Shown: positions 51,036 to 61,358 of the stretch, piece after piece
Numbering within the stretch: the stretch's first letter is position 1
How the letters are laid out: every line of letters starts with the position of its first letter
Assembly (NCBI GenBank): GCA_001871445.1
Contig: MNVD01000025.1
Coordinates: forward strand, 8,808-72,807
Direction: 5' to 3'
DNA length: 64,000 nt
DNA from: Candidatus Magasanikbacteria bacterium CG1_02_41_34
GTDB taxonomy: Bacteria > Patescibacteriota > Patescibacteriia > Magasanikbacterales > UBA922
Notes under the pieces: model-generated
Told to the model about the DNA's origin: nothing
What the model saw: the letters and a program-made list of their open reading frames with translations, nothing else
Databases searched by the model: none
Position numbers and translations under genes: made by a program

Positions 51036-52160
51036 ATGTTTGGAAAAAAGAAACAACCACGAAAGCTTTCTTCATTTGAAATAAAAATGAATGATTGGTT
51101 TGCAAAGCATCTCACAAGAATTTCTTTTACAGAAAAAATGTTTTTTGTGGACCATTTAAAGATCATGATCCATGCAGGATTGTCACTTGTAGAAGCACTC
51201 GAAATTCTTGCAAAAGAAACTGGCAACAAAGCACTTAAAATGACGATCGCAGACATTACAAAGGATGTCAGTGGTGGAAAACAACTGAGCGATGTCCTCC
51301 AAAAACATCCAAAAGTTTTTCCAAGCATCTATGTCAAAATGATTGAGGCTGGCGAAGTCAGTGGCAAGCTGGAAGAAGCACTTACACAGATTGCTATCCA
51401 GATGAAAAAAACACACGATTTAACATCAAGCATTCGTGGTGCTATGATTTACCCTTCGGTTGTCATGACAGCAATGATAGGAATTGGATTTCTCATGACA
51501 ACCGTTATATTGCCAAAATTATTAACTATTTTTGATGAATTTGATAGTGAACTTCCTCTTCCTACACGCATATTGATTGTGATTACAAACTTCATGAGTA
51601 AACCATTCAATCTTACCATGATGGCAGTGCTCACTGTCTCCAGCATTGCAGGTTTCATTTATATGATGAAAAAATCAATGCGCTTCCGTTTTGCCGTTCA
51701 TACCATAAATCTGCATTTACCGATTGTAGGAGGTGTTATAAAAAAAATAAATTTGGCACGTTTTTCATTGACACTTTCGTCTCTCATGAAAAGTGCTATC
51801 CCTATTGTAGATGCAGTCACTATCACCGCGGATACCTGTAGCAATCTCAATTACCGTATCTCACTCATGAAAAGTTCAAAAGATTTAGAAAAAGGAGTAC
51901 CACTTTCAGAATCACTTCGTAATTATCCACACCTATACTCCCCCCTCGTCACTGAAATGATCATGGTTGGCGAACGCACAGGAGAGATTGACACACTTCT
52001 TACAGAGCTTGCATCGTTTTATAATGAAGATGTCGACAAAACAATGAAAAATTTCACTACTATTATGGAGCCGGTACTTATTGTTTTTCTTGGTCTTGGT
52101 GTCGGTGGTGTAGCTGTATCTGTTATTATGCCGATGTATTCTCTTGTACAAAATTTTTAA
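51036..52160 (+). CDS. pilC: type IV pilus platform protein (PilC/GspF)
   Basis: AGEVSGKL, AMIYP, VGERTG, EP. Confidence 0.92.
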   Translation: MFGKKKQPRKLSSFEIKMNDWFAKHLTRISFTEKMFFVDHLKIMIHAGLSLVEALEILAKETGNKALKMTIADITKDVSGGKQLSDVLQKHPKVFPSIYVKMIEAGEVSGKLEEALTQIAIQMKKTHDLTSSIRGAMIYPSVVMTAMIGIGFLMTTVILPKLLTIFDEFDSELPLPTRILIVITNFMSKPFNLTMMAVLTVSSIAGFIYMMKKSMRFRFAVHTINLHLPIVGGVIKKINLARFSLTLSSLMKSAIPIVDAVTITADTCSNLNYRISLMKSSKDLEKGVPLSESLRNYPHLYSPLVTEMIMVGERTGEIDTLLTELASFYNEDVDKTMKNFTTIMEPVLIVFLGLGVGGVAVSVIMPMYSLVQNF

Positions 52161-52161
52161 T

Positions 52162-53259
52162 ATGTTATTTCATCCATATCCAAATGCATTTGGGCTCGAC
52201 ATTGGCGACTTGTCTATCAAGATCGTTCAGCTTGAAAATAAAACTGGTCACAAACGAACACCTTCATTTCGCCTTAAAACAGTACGGCAAATTTCACTTC
52301 CACCAGGACTCATTGTCAACGGGGAAATTCAAGAACCCGAAAAAATCCGAAAATACATTCAACATCTTCTCGAAGGGAAAAAAGGGACAAAACCCATCGA
52401 AGGGAAATGGGTAGTGGCAACCTTGCCTGAAATTCATAGCTTTATCAAAGTCATTCATCTTTCAAAAGAGGCAAAAGATGTTATTGAAGATGATATATTG
52501 TTTTTAGCAAAACAACATATTCCATTTGATGAAGAAAGTTATTATCTCGATTGGCAAATCTTACCGGAAGTAGATGCGGGTGCAACGCGCATTCTAATTG
52601 GCGCCGCCCCAAAATATATTGTAGACATGTATACCTATCTGATAGAAAGCCTTGGGCTTGGTATTTTATCTCTTGAAATTGAGGCACTTGCCATAGCACG
52701 ATCACTTGTCACTTCAAGCAAACTCTATGAAGGCGAGGCACGTGCAATCCTGGATGTTGGGGCAACACAAAGTAGTCTTATTATGTATGACCATGAAACT
52801 ATTCAATTTAGCAAAACTCTTCCGTTTTCCGGAGAACTCCTAACCACTGCTATCATGCAGAGTCTCCAAGTATCCCAGGCAGAGGCAGAAAATATAAAGA
52901 AAACATACGGTGTCATGTACACAAAAAAATATGGCAAAGCTCTTGGTATAATAAAAGAAAGTCTTGATATGTTCATAGAGACAATAGAGCAATCTTTTCA
53001 GTTTTATTATTCCCACTTTCCGCATACCAATACTGTCACACATGTGACGATGTCTGGCGGGGCAACTAATACGCTGCATCTCGCTGAACTTCTTACCGAG
53101 CGCCTCGGTGTCAAGTGTGCACCAGGAAAAGTATGGAAAAATCTTGGGAGCAATCCGGGGGCAGTGCCCAACGAAACATCCTCTCTAGGATTGGCAACAG
53201 CGATTGGTCTTGCACTCAGGGCTGCAGAAAATCCTTTCCATGCTCACGATATGATATAA
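52162..53259 (+). CDS. pilM: type IV pilus assembly protein PilM
   Basis: FGLDIG, LDVGA, SGG, AIGLALR. Confidence 0.9.
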   Translation: MLFHPYPNAFGLDIGDLSIKIVQLENKTGHKRTPSFRLKTVRQISLPPGLIVNGEIQEPEKIRKYIQHLLEGKKGTKPIEGKWVVATLPEIHSFIKVIHLSKEAKDVIEDDILFLAKQHIPFDEESYYLDWQILPEVDAGATRILIGAAPKYIVDMYTYLIESLGLGILSLEIEALAIARSLVTSSKLYEGEARAILDVGATQSSLIMYDHETIQFSKTLPFSGELLTTAIMQSLQVSQAEAENIKKTYGVMYTKKYGKALGIIKESLDMFIETIEQSFQFYYSHFPHTNTVTHVTMSGGATNTLHLAELLTERLGVKCAPGKVWKNLGSNPGAVPNETSSLGLATAIGLALRAAENPFHAHDMI

Positions 53260-53266
53260 CGTTCAT

Positions 53267-53797
53267 ATGTATCCAATCAGACTCAACCTCATGTCAAAAA
53301 AAAAACAGCAATACGCAAAGCGTATTATGACGATGGGCTTTATCAAAAATACGCTCGCAATTATCTTCATTATGCTTTCTTGTTTTGCTGTTTTTGCTAT
53401 TCTTTCACAACTGTTTTTGCAAACACAATTTGCAGATATTGCACTACAGAGTCTTCGCGTACATACATCCGTAGGAAAAACAAATGCACGTATTCAAAAA
53501 ATAAATACGATAACAAAACAGGCGTCAGCAATACAGATACAATATAAAGAGTGGTCATCATATATTCTCCTCATTGCACAAATCATTCCACATGAGACCA
53601 CGATTTCACAAATTTCATTTCGAGCAAATGACAACATACTTGAGATTGTTGGTTCGTCTCCTTCACGAGAAGCTTTTCTTACACTCAAAGAAAAGCTTGA
53701 GTCACTCGATCAGATTGAAAAAGTCACCATTCCACTCAGTGATCTTACAAAACAAGACAAAATAGATTTTACACTTTCTATCCCGTTTACTTTTTGA
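53267..53797 (+). CDS. pilN: PilN-like protein
   Basis: N-terminal LNLM motif, TM, operon position. Confidence 0.75.
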   Translation: MYPIRLNLMSKKKQQYAKRIMTMGFIKNTLAIIFIMLSCFAVFAILSQLFLQTQFADIALQSLRVHTSVGKTNARIQKINTITKQASAIQIQYKEWSSYILLIAQIIPHETTISQISFRANDNILEIVGSSPSREAFLTLKEKLESLDQIEKVTIPLSDLTKQDKIDFTLSIPFTF

Positions 53798-53800
53798 TCT

Positions 53801-54352
53801 ATGTTTCATAAGTTGAATCTCAAAAAACAGTTTTATTTGGTCTCCGGTGCGCTTTTGATCGGTTCTATATTTCTTGGTGTCTTTATTATTTATCCAACGT
53901 TAAAAAAAATGTTTTTAGTTAGTGACGATATCAAACAAATTCAGCAAGATCTGGAGAATCAATACAATGACACACAGACAATGCGACGGACGATACGTGA
54001 GCTAGATGCTATAAGCGAAGAAGTGCAACAATACAAAGCCCTTGCCATGCCAAACGGAGACGAACTTACGATTATTGAGGAGCTGGAGTCTTTGGCAGCA
54101 ATACACCACCTTAGCCAGACGCTCGGTGCAACATTTAGCAATACACCAGATCCTGCAGTAGGACTTCCCTACTATACTTTTTCTTTTGTCCTCAATGGAC
54201 CATTTCAAGATATTTTTTCGTATGTAAAAACACTTGAATCCCAATCGTACTACGTACTCATACCAGGCATGACATTACAAAAAACCGGCGATCCTGGACA
54301 TGCAACCCTCAAGTTTGAGGCACGTATTTACGCGCGCCCTACCTCAGCATAA
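53801..54352 (+). CDS. pilO: PilO-like protein
   Basis: TM, coiled coil, G.F...Y...LE; operon position. Confidence 0.7.
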   Translation: MFHKLNLKKQFYLVSGALLIGSIFLGVFIIYPTLKKMFLVSDDIKQIQQDLENQYNDTQTMRRTIRELDAISEEVQQYKALAMPNGDELTIIEELESLAAIHHLSQTLGATFSNTPDPAVGLPYYTFSFVLNGPFQDIFSYVKTLESQSYYVLIPGMTLQKTGDPGHATLKFEARIYARPTSA

Positions 54353-54363
54353 CCGTTCTTCCT

Positions 54364-54849
54364 ATGTCAACAAAAAAGAAAACAACATCTGTTATGTCTC
54401 CACCACCAGCTATTCAGGCAACACCAGATCCAACACCTGAGTCTGCCTCACAAATGCAAAAATCACAAAAAAAACTGAAATTTGCAGAAGCGCATGCTGC
54501 GTCCAAACAACGTCAAGCTTACTCACAAACGGTATATACCAGTCGATTTGCCCAATTTCGTGTATTACGTGTTATCTCATGGAGCATAGGGATCTTTATA
54601 CTCGTAATTTTGTGTTTTGGTCTATGGCGACTCTACAGAACAGTCTTTGACACCATAGAACAAACACAAAATCTTTTTTTTACACAACAGACAAAACGTA
54701 CAGATATTATAAATTTTTCTACGCTTGAAGAGGTGCGAGATGCATGGCAAACAAAATATAACATCATATCAACATCAACTCCGAGAGAAATTTTTGGCGA
54801 AGTAACACCAGTTATACTTGACACAGCAGGTACAGAAGTGAAAGAATAG
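54364..54849 (+). CDS. single-TM hypothetical protein in the pil operon
   Basis: 161-aa ORF directly after pilO. Confidence 0.7.
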   Translation: MSTKKKTTSVMSPPPAIQATPDPTPESASQMQKSQKKLKFAEAHAASKQRQAYSQTVYTSRFAQFRVLRVISWSIGIFILVILCFGLWRLYRTVFDTIEQTQNLFFTQQTKRTDIINFSTLEEVRDAWQTKYNIISTSTPREIFGEVTPVILDTAGTEVKE

Positions 54850-54855
54850 CCATCT

Positions 54856-55992
54856 ATGCATACTTATGCCTTTCAACTCGGACGTTTGCGAGATCTTTCA
54901 CAGGAAGAAATAGTGACTGTTTTTGCACAAAAACGCATTCTTATTGTACACACTCGCTTGGTAGGCGAACATCTTTTGATATCTGTTGAAACACCTATCG
55001 ATGCCGCAGCAATGATGCATCAGTTGGGTGGAACAAAGCTCATTGGGGAAAAATTGAATCCAAAAGGAAATGCAGAGGAAACTACGTTTTCGTATTTATC
55101 TGAATTACCATCAGATCAAAAACTTCATTTTTCGATCAGTGGCGGCACGCATGCTGCACGACTTGCTGTTGCTGTGAAAAAAAAGTTAAAAAAAATTGGT
55201 CGCTCTGTCAGATATGTAGAGACAAAAAATACTGCAACTATTTTACACAACAATTTGGTGGGGAAAGGATCACATCTTACCATTATTGATAATGTAGTGT
55301 ATGTCACACGAGCCATCCAACCAATCGAAGAAATGAGTGAGCGTGATTACGGACGCCCAAGTATTGACAACAAAAGCGGCATGCTCCCTCCAAAACTTGC
55401 CCGCATGATGATCAATCTTACCATGCCAAACAAAGGAGAAACAATTCTTGATCCATTTTGTGGATCAGGAACACTTCTCGGTGAAGCAATGTCACTCGGT
55501 ATAGAACATATCATTGGGAGTGATATTTCTGAGAGAGCTACCGCAGATGCGCAAGCAAATGCAACATGGTTTCAAGAAAAATTTAACATTCAGCACTCAA
55601 CATTTAGGATTTTTACTTCTGACATCCGAACACTTTCAACAGAAATCGAAAACAAAACGATTGACATCATCGCAACGGAACCTTTACTTGGAGTACCTAG
55701 AACAGGACGAGAACAAAAAGTATTTTTACAAAAACAAGCAGAGGAATTAAAACAACTGTATATTGATGCCTTCAGTGTTTTTAAAAAAATCATGAAACCC
55801 GATGGTCGTATCGTATTTGTTGTACCGCGCTTTCGATACAAAGAAGAATGGATAACCATAGACTGTCAAAAACAAATTGAACAACTTGGTTTTGAATTAC
55901 TCCCGTACGAACTATCGGACATGCCACTTGTTTATGCCAGAGATGAACAATTTGTTGCACGAGAAATTTGGCGTTGGAAGCTTGCTTCATAA
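54856..55992 (+). CDS. Trm11/TrmG10-like SAM-dependent methyltransferase
   Basis: MLPPKLARMMIN, LDPFCGSGT, IATEP. Confidence 0.85.
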   Translation: MHTYAFQLGRLRDLSQEEIVTVFAQKRILIVHTRLVGEHLLISVETPIDAAAMMHQLGGTKLIGEKLNPKGNAEETTFSYLSELPSDQKLHFSISGGTHAARLAVAVKKKLKKIGRSVRYVETKNTATILHNNLVGKGSHLTIIDNVVYVTRAIQPIEEMSERDYGRPSIDNKSGMLPPKLARMMINLTMPNKGETILDPFCGSGTLLGEAMSLGIEHIIGSDISERATADAQANATWFQEKFNIQHSTFRIFTSDIRTLSTEIENKTIDIIATEPLLGVPRTGREQKVFLQKQAEELKQLYIDAFSVFKKIMKPDGRIVFVVPRFRYKEEWITIDCQKQIEQLGFELLPYELSDMPLVYARDEQFVAREIWRWKLAS

Positions 55993-56007
55993 AAATTACC
56001 ATTAACA

Positions 56008-56043
56008 CCAAAAAAAGAATCTTATATAAGATTCTTTTTTTGG
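56008..56043. terminator. bidirectional terminator
   Basis: ccaaaaaaagaatctta-ta-taagattctttttttgg. Confidence 0.7.
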
Positions 56044-56108
56044 AATACATCTACTTAGTTTCAAATTCCCAACGTAACAGCATTGAACATGTTAAAAAAA
56101 GAACAATT

Positions 56109-57191
56109 TTACGCACCAATGTGAAAATATGCGACATCACCATCTTGAACAACATATTCCTTACCAACTAATTGCATTTTTCCTTTTTCTTTCACACCAT
56201 TCCAACCACCTGCTTCTACAAAATCTTGCCAATTTGCAATGTCAGCTTTGATAAACTTTTTTATAAAATCTGTATGGATAACACCCGCTGCCAGCTGTGC
56301 GGGTGTGTGTCGCTTCACGGTCCATGCGCGAGTTTCCTGGACGCCAGAAGTAAAGTATGTGACAAGATCAAGGAGCTTGTATCCAGCGGTGATAATTTTA
56401 TCAAGTCCAGAACTGTCCATACCAAGTTCCTTCATAAATTCTACAGCATCGACCTCTGAAAGTTCTGCAATTTCAGCTTCTATTTTTGCTGATACCCGAA
56501 CAACAACAGCACCTTCTTCAAAAAAATTAGCATCTTGTTCTTTGAAATTTGTATCTTCCTCTTCGGTATTGAGAATGTACATCATTGGTTTCATCGTAAT
56601 GAGGTGCAATTCTTTCAGGATCTCCATTTCATCTTCGGTGTACTCAAGTGTACGCGCTGGTTTTCCCTGTTCAAACTGTGCCATCAATTTTTCAAGAAGA
56701 GCCAACTCCACGGCAAGTTCTTTTGCTCGAACTCCTTTGGCATCCTTTGAAACTTTCGCCAATCGAGAAGAAACCGACTGCATATCAGCCAATACAAGTT
56801 CTAAATTTATAACATCAGCATCATCTTTTGGATCTATTTTATTATGAACGTGCGTTACATTTCCATCAGCAAAGGATCGAACTACTTGTGCAATGGCATC
56901 CACATTTCGAATGTGTGACAGAAATTTGTTCCCAAGTCCTTCTCCTTCTGACGCACCTTTGACAAGTCCTGCAATATCAACAAATTCAATCGCAGTGGGG
57001 ACAGCTTTGAGCGATACTGAGGTTGATGTAAGTTTTGCAATACGCTTATCAGGTACCTCAACAATACCAATATTTGGCTCAATCGTACAAAATGGATAAT
57101 TTTGTGCATCAGCCTGTTTACTTTTTGTAAGTGCATTAAAAAGTGTTGATTTTCCAACATTTGGGAGACCAACGATTCCAATTGCTAACAT
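56109..57191 (-). CDS. ychF: Obg-family ATPase YchF
   Basis: [36 protein letters not shown]. Confidence 0.98.
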   Translation of the reverse strand: MLAIGIVGLPNVGKSTLFNALTKSKQADAQNYPFCTIEPNIGIVEVPDKRIAKLTSTSVSLKAVPTAIEFVDIAGLVKGASEGEGLGNKFLSHIRNVDAIAQVVRSFADGNVTHVHNKIDPKDDADVINLELVLADMQSVSSRLAKVSKDAKGVRAKELAVELALLEKLMAQFEQGKPARTLEYTEDEMEILKELHLITMKPMMYILNTEEEDTNFKEQDANFFEEGAVVVRVSAKIEAEIAELSEVDAVEFMKELGMDSSGLDKIITAGYKLLDLVTYFTSGVQETRAWTVKRHTPAQLAAGVIHTDFIKKFIKADIANWQDFVEAGGWNGVKEKGKMQLVGKEYVVQDGDVAYFHIGA

Positions 57192-57209
57192 AAAATAAAT
57201 TCTAAATTA

Positions 57210-57662
57210 CTACTCAAGGGTCTGTTCCAAGGATTCTCTTAAACTATTTTTTATTTTGATCAATTCATTCTCAGAGGGTCTTGCTGTATCATTAAATCGT
57301 TCTTTTGAATTACCATACCATACTGGCAATGCTGGCTCTTCATCATCTTCATATCGTGGAATGATCTACCAATGCATATGCATATCTTTATTTCCAAGCA
57401 ATTCATAATTCAATTTCCTTGGCTGAAATGCTTTGAATACTCCTTCTGCAACAATACTCATTTCTTCCAAAAACTTCTTTTTAAACTCTACATCCAATTG
57501 AAACAGCTCTGCTTTATCTTCTTTACAGAGAAATATAGTAGTTCCTCGATAATACTGGAAGTCTGCGATGACAGCATATCCAGTTTCGTACTCCTTTACA
57601 AAGTATGAATTTGTACCATCTATAATTTGTTGTATCCTGTCGCAACAAAAGCAATCTAACAT
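57210..57662 (-). pseudogene. HIT-family protein interrupted by an in-frame TAG at 57366-57368
   Basis: KLNYELLGNKDMHMHW*IIPRYEDD...; the frame continues to TAG-TAA at 57207-57212. Confidence 0.8.
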
Positions 57663-57758
57663 ATTAGTACTTAGCGACTACACGAATAATCTATTCATAT
57701 ACAAATGTTTCGCTATACTACTCTCCTTTTTGTAGTTTTGTAAAGGGGCAACACGCCA

Positions 57759-58913
57759 TTATGCTTTGACATGCTTCCCCCACTTTGAAAAAAGAAATGC
57801 AAACAAAATCGGTACGGCAATAGTAAATATAATTGTCGAAGCAACAATCACAGAATATACTTGTGTATCGATAATGCCATGATCAAGAAAAAATTTCATA
57901 ATGATAATCCCAGTACTAAAACGTACCAATAATCCTACCCCAAGCAAAACTGAACCTCGTCCACCCAGTTCTTTTCGAGACGCAATAAATGAAGCAAGAA
58001 GTTTTGCTATGCTGGAGACAATCACAATAGCAAGAATAAGCAGTGGTGCACTCGCCATATACTCAAGATCCAAACTTGTTCCCACCCAAAAGAAAAATAG
58101 TGGTGCAAACAATCCATACGTCATGGTCCTGACTTCACTGTCTATCGCCTTCAAACGACTCGGTGGCAAGAAAATACGTACGACAACACCAGCAAGAATA
58201 GCACCAAGTGGAGCAACATCAGCAATATTTCCTATTCCAATAAACAAAAAGAAGACAAACAAGATAAAAATAAACAATGTTTCAATCTTTGTAAATCGAA
58301 ACAATTCACGCTCAGATTTTATCACAATCAAACCAGTTGCGAGCACGCACAACAAAATAAGTGATCCAAATACTACAAAGGTATGTCCAGGCTCGAGTGT
58401 CCCGACCACAATACTTGCGATGACGAGCAGTACTACCTCTACAATGTCATCCATCGTCCCAATTGCAATGATTGACTGTCCAAGTTTTGAATTGATAATG
58501 CCATAATCATCCAGAATAGGAATAAGCACTGCCTCCCCTACTGTAGCAAATGACATTGCAATCAATGCAGAAATAAGCCATGAATATGAAAACATCATGT
58601 GAATCAAAAGGGTACCAAGTATTCCTTCAAACGAAATAATCGCAATTGTCGTCGTCAAAATATATGTTTTTCTCTTACGAAGCATCGTCGTATTCATTTC
58701 AAACCCTACAAAAAAAAGCAACAGGTACATGCCAAGCTGCGCAAAAAATGTAAATGTTGCTTGATCTTGGAGGGGAACATGCCATCCAAAAAGTGTCGCC
58801 ACTATGCCCAAAAGCAATGCTGCAAAAATCCACGGAATACGTATGCGTTCAATGTATCTTCCGCTGACAAACGTAATAAGAAAAATAATGGCAAATACGA
58901 AGAAAAGATTCAT
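57759..58913 (-). CDS. cation:proton antiporter (CPA2)
   Basis: Multi-TM; LLFFVGFE, MDD, FAPLFFFWVG. Confidence 0.88.
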   Translation of the reverse strand: MNLFFVFAIIFLITFVSGRYIERIRIPWIFAALLLGIVATLFGWHVPLQDQATFTFFAQLGMYLLLFFVGFEMNTTMLRKRKTYILTTTIAIISFEGILGTLLIHMMFSYSWLISALIAMSFATVGEAVLIPILDDYGIINSKLGQSIIAIGTMDDIVEVVLLVIASIVVGTLEPGHTFVVFGSLILLCVLATGLIVIKSERELFRFTKIETLFIFILFVFFLFIGIGNIADVAPLGAILAGVVVRIFLPPSRLKAIDSEVRTMTYGLFAPLFFFWVGTSLDLEYMASAPLLILAIVIVSSIAKLLASFIASRKELGGRGSVLLGVGLLVRFSTGIIIMKFFLDHGIIDTQVYSVIVASTIIFTIAVPILFAFLFSKWGKHVKA

Positions 58914-59318
58914 ATATATATTTATATTACGGGAAGTATATCATACACCCCCCAACTATCCACATAGCTCTTTATATTTGCTTTTCACCATACTTGAAAA
59001 ATAATCAGAGATAAAAAATGGAGCATGTGGACGTAAAATTATTTATATTTACTTGTTTTTTGTTTCATTTAGGCTATTTTATCATGTCGTACAATAATAT
59101 TCTTTTGGTAAAAATTAAAAGCTTATTTAAATATAAAATTTGCACTTCTCCTATTTTATAGATAACATTACCTATAATCTGAAAACTCACAAATCTATAA
59201 CATACTATGTATATTTAATTTTTTGTTTAACGTACACAACACTGCCACCTACACATATTTTATGTTCTACATGAAAATACTATTTGCTAAAAAACTTACT
59301 GCATGGAAATCATCATTT

Positions 59319-59334
59319 TGTTCCATGTGAAACA
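59319..59334. promoter_or_regulatory. parS-like site
   Basis: TGTTCCATGTGAAACA, 1 mismatch to TGTTNCACGTGAAACA. Confidence 0.7.
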
Positions 59335-59399
59335 AAACACGCTGCTTGTTTGCAACGTGTTTGTATAGAATACTGTGCACTTTGTAACATGAAAACTTG

Positions 59400-59472
59400 T
59401 GACCCCACCACGACTTGAACGTAGATCTAGACGTTAGGAGTGTCTTGTTCTATCCAGTTGAACTATGGGGTC
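59400..59472 (-). tRNA. tRNA-Arg(CCT)
   Basis: GACCCCA/TGGGGTC acceptor, CTCCTAA loop, GTTCAAGTC T-arm; A-C mismatch at the last anticodon-stem pair; no encoded CCA. Confidence 0.85.
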
Positions 59473-59534
59473 TTTTTGTAAGTCTGCTTCAAGCCAAAGG
59501 ATCATTCACCTTAGGTAGAAACTATATGGCCAGT

Positions 59535-59550
59535 TGTTTCACATGAAACA
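59535..59550. promoter_or_regulatory. parS-like site
   Basis: TGTTTCACATGAAACA, 1 mismatch to consensus. Confidence 0.75.
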
Positions 59551-59580
59551 CTGCCACTCTACTTAAAATAACACATGCTG

Positions 59581-60306
59581 TCAACCTACAATATTCCACA
59601 TTACATCAAAAACCGCTTTGAACACATCCCTCATAACCGGAATTTCAATCAAAACTGCCATGGAACTAAGCTCGGAACTGACTATGAGAATTTTATCATC
59701 AAAAATATCAATAGTACTTTTAAAACTATATTGTTCTGATAAATAATGTACATGTCGTAGCAAAGAAGGATCTTCAGGATTTAATAGTTTTGACTCATCT
59801 GTCAAAATAAGTTGAGTGTGTATGTTATTTCTTGCACGATCAATCCTATATTGATGAAACCACTCACTATCTGCACCTTCCCATCCTTGTGCACTACCTA
59901 TAATGACATACTGCTTATCTCTATATTCGTAAAGAATACCTGTATAAAATTCCTTCAATTCATCCAGTGTCTCTATAAATCTCAATCCTGGTGTTTGCAT
60001 TTCCTTTTTTTCAAGCGATTGGAGCTGAGGAAGAATAGCATATAGATTATCGAGTTTTTTGCTATACAACGCAGCAAGTCTATTTGGCTTCTGAGCATAA
60101 AAATATCGCTTGTTTTTTCGAAAGTATACATGTACGTACCCTTTTGATGCCATTTGTTTGAGAGTATGATAAACAGTTGTACGCTTCACACCAGTACTTT
60201 TTGCTACTGCGCTTGCTTGGGACCCTCCCAGTTGTAAAAGTGACAAATAAATGTCAACTTCTGGCTCTGTAAAGCCTAGTTGTTTTAAAATTGCTATGTT
60301 TTCCAC
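59581..60306 (-). CDS. TrmB-family transcriptional regulator
   Basis: LKQLGFT..E..IYL.LL, KRTTVY wHTH; paralogue of 7774..8556; GTG start. Confidence 0.85.
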   Translation of the reverse strand: MENIAILKQLGFTEPEVDIYLSLLQLGGSQASAVAKSTGVKRTTVYHTLKQMASKGYVHVYFRKNKRYFYAQKPNRLAALYSKKLDNLYAILPQLQSLEKKEMQTPGLRFIETLDELKEFYTGILYEYRDKQYVIIGSAQGWEGADSEWFHQYRIDRARNNIHTQLILTDESKLLNPEDPSLLRHVHYLSEQYSFKSTIDIFDDKILIVSSELSSMAVLIEIPVMRDVFKAVFDVMWNIVG

Positions 60307-60398
60307 AGTTTTGAGTGTTAAAATTTTTAGACAGTTAAATTATATACTATTTTTTTATTTAAATCAAGCTATTTTTATTACAAATATGTTTACAATCA

Positions 60399-60427
60399 TT
60401 GACGTGACGACAAAAAAGAACTATTGT
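60399..60427 (+). promoter_or_regulatory. sigma70 promoter
   Basis: TTGACG-17-TATTGT upstream of 60470. Confidence 0.6.
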
Positions 60428-60469
60428 GTACTATCCGAAGCAAGTTGCTAGGGTACACAAGGAGATAGT

Positions 60470-61063
60470 ATGTCCCACAAGATCGTTGGACTGTTGATCG
60501 TTCTTTTCTCCATCGTCTCACCTCACGACACCCACGCCAAACCGCAGAACTACGTCGTAAGCGAATTCAAGGCTGACTCGAAGGTCTTCAAGCCGACCGT
60601 GAAAGGTGGTCTGGGTGGTGAAATCTCAGACCTCATCGGTATCAAGACCTTCTTCCTCATCACAGGAGGGTGGGCAGAAGCATACATTGGACCAACCATC
60701 TCGCTCGGTGAGCATCTGACACTCGGTCTGAGCTGCGGGATCGAGAGCACAGATGGTCGTCTCGAACCTCGGTTCGAGACATCGGTGAAGGTCATTGTTG
60801 ACGACTTTTCTTTCACTGGAATTCTGGAGTGGGGCACTGACGGAGACAAGGATCTCTGGTACAAAGTCATCAGTACCTACAAACTGACGCCGTGGCTCAA
60901 GGTCGGTGTGGAAGGTCGTCGGTTCGCAGGTTTAAGCCCGCATGTCTCTGTCGCTATACCAGAAATACCAGTTCATCTCTGGGCAAGCTGGATTCCATGG
61001 AATGTTGCGACAGGGGAGATCACGATCGAACGCACAATGTTTGGTATCACGCTCATACTCTAA
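60470..61063 (+). CDS. secreted beta-strand-rich protein, putative small outer-membrane beta-barrel
   Basis: AAGGAG SD; signal peptide ending in THA; alternating hydrophobic strands; terminal strand MFGITLIL. Confidence 0.7.
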   Translation: MSHKIVGLLIVLFSIVSPHDTHAKPQNYVVSEFKADSKVFKPTVKGGLGGEISDLIGIKTFFLITGGWAEAYIGPTISLGEHLTLGLSCGIESTDGRLEPRFETSVKVIVDDFSFTGILEWGTDGDKDLWYKVISTYKLTPWLKVGVEGRRFAGLSPHVSVAIPEIPVHLWASWIPWNVATGEITIERTMFGITLIL

Positions 61064-61358
61064 CAGGCTTTATTGGGTGCTTACGAACACCATATCTGAC
61101 TCTGTAGATGAACAAGGGATTCTGGATTCGTCACCCAGCGCCCGCTCGAGCGATATCGAGCACCTTCATTCTTTCAAGAAAGTGCCTTACATTGCTTTTT
61201 TTTATTTTTCCGATTAACCTGCTATACTGCATACACATAAACGTATGCAACATATTTTCCTGTCATTTATCATAGCAGTCGCTACCTTCCTTGCAATGGG
61301 TATTATAGGATGTCTTTTTTCAAGACTCCGACGGTAGCATATTCTATACATTTTCTTT

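Noticed and set aside
56535-56554. 16-nt match to the 21-nt boxA-like motif
   Set aside because: Antisense within ychF coding sequence and AT-rich; probably chance.
57366-57368. Stop-codon reassignment
   Set aside because: TAG, TGA and TAA all terminate genes in this window; this is the only internal stop found.
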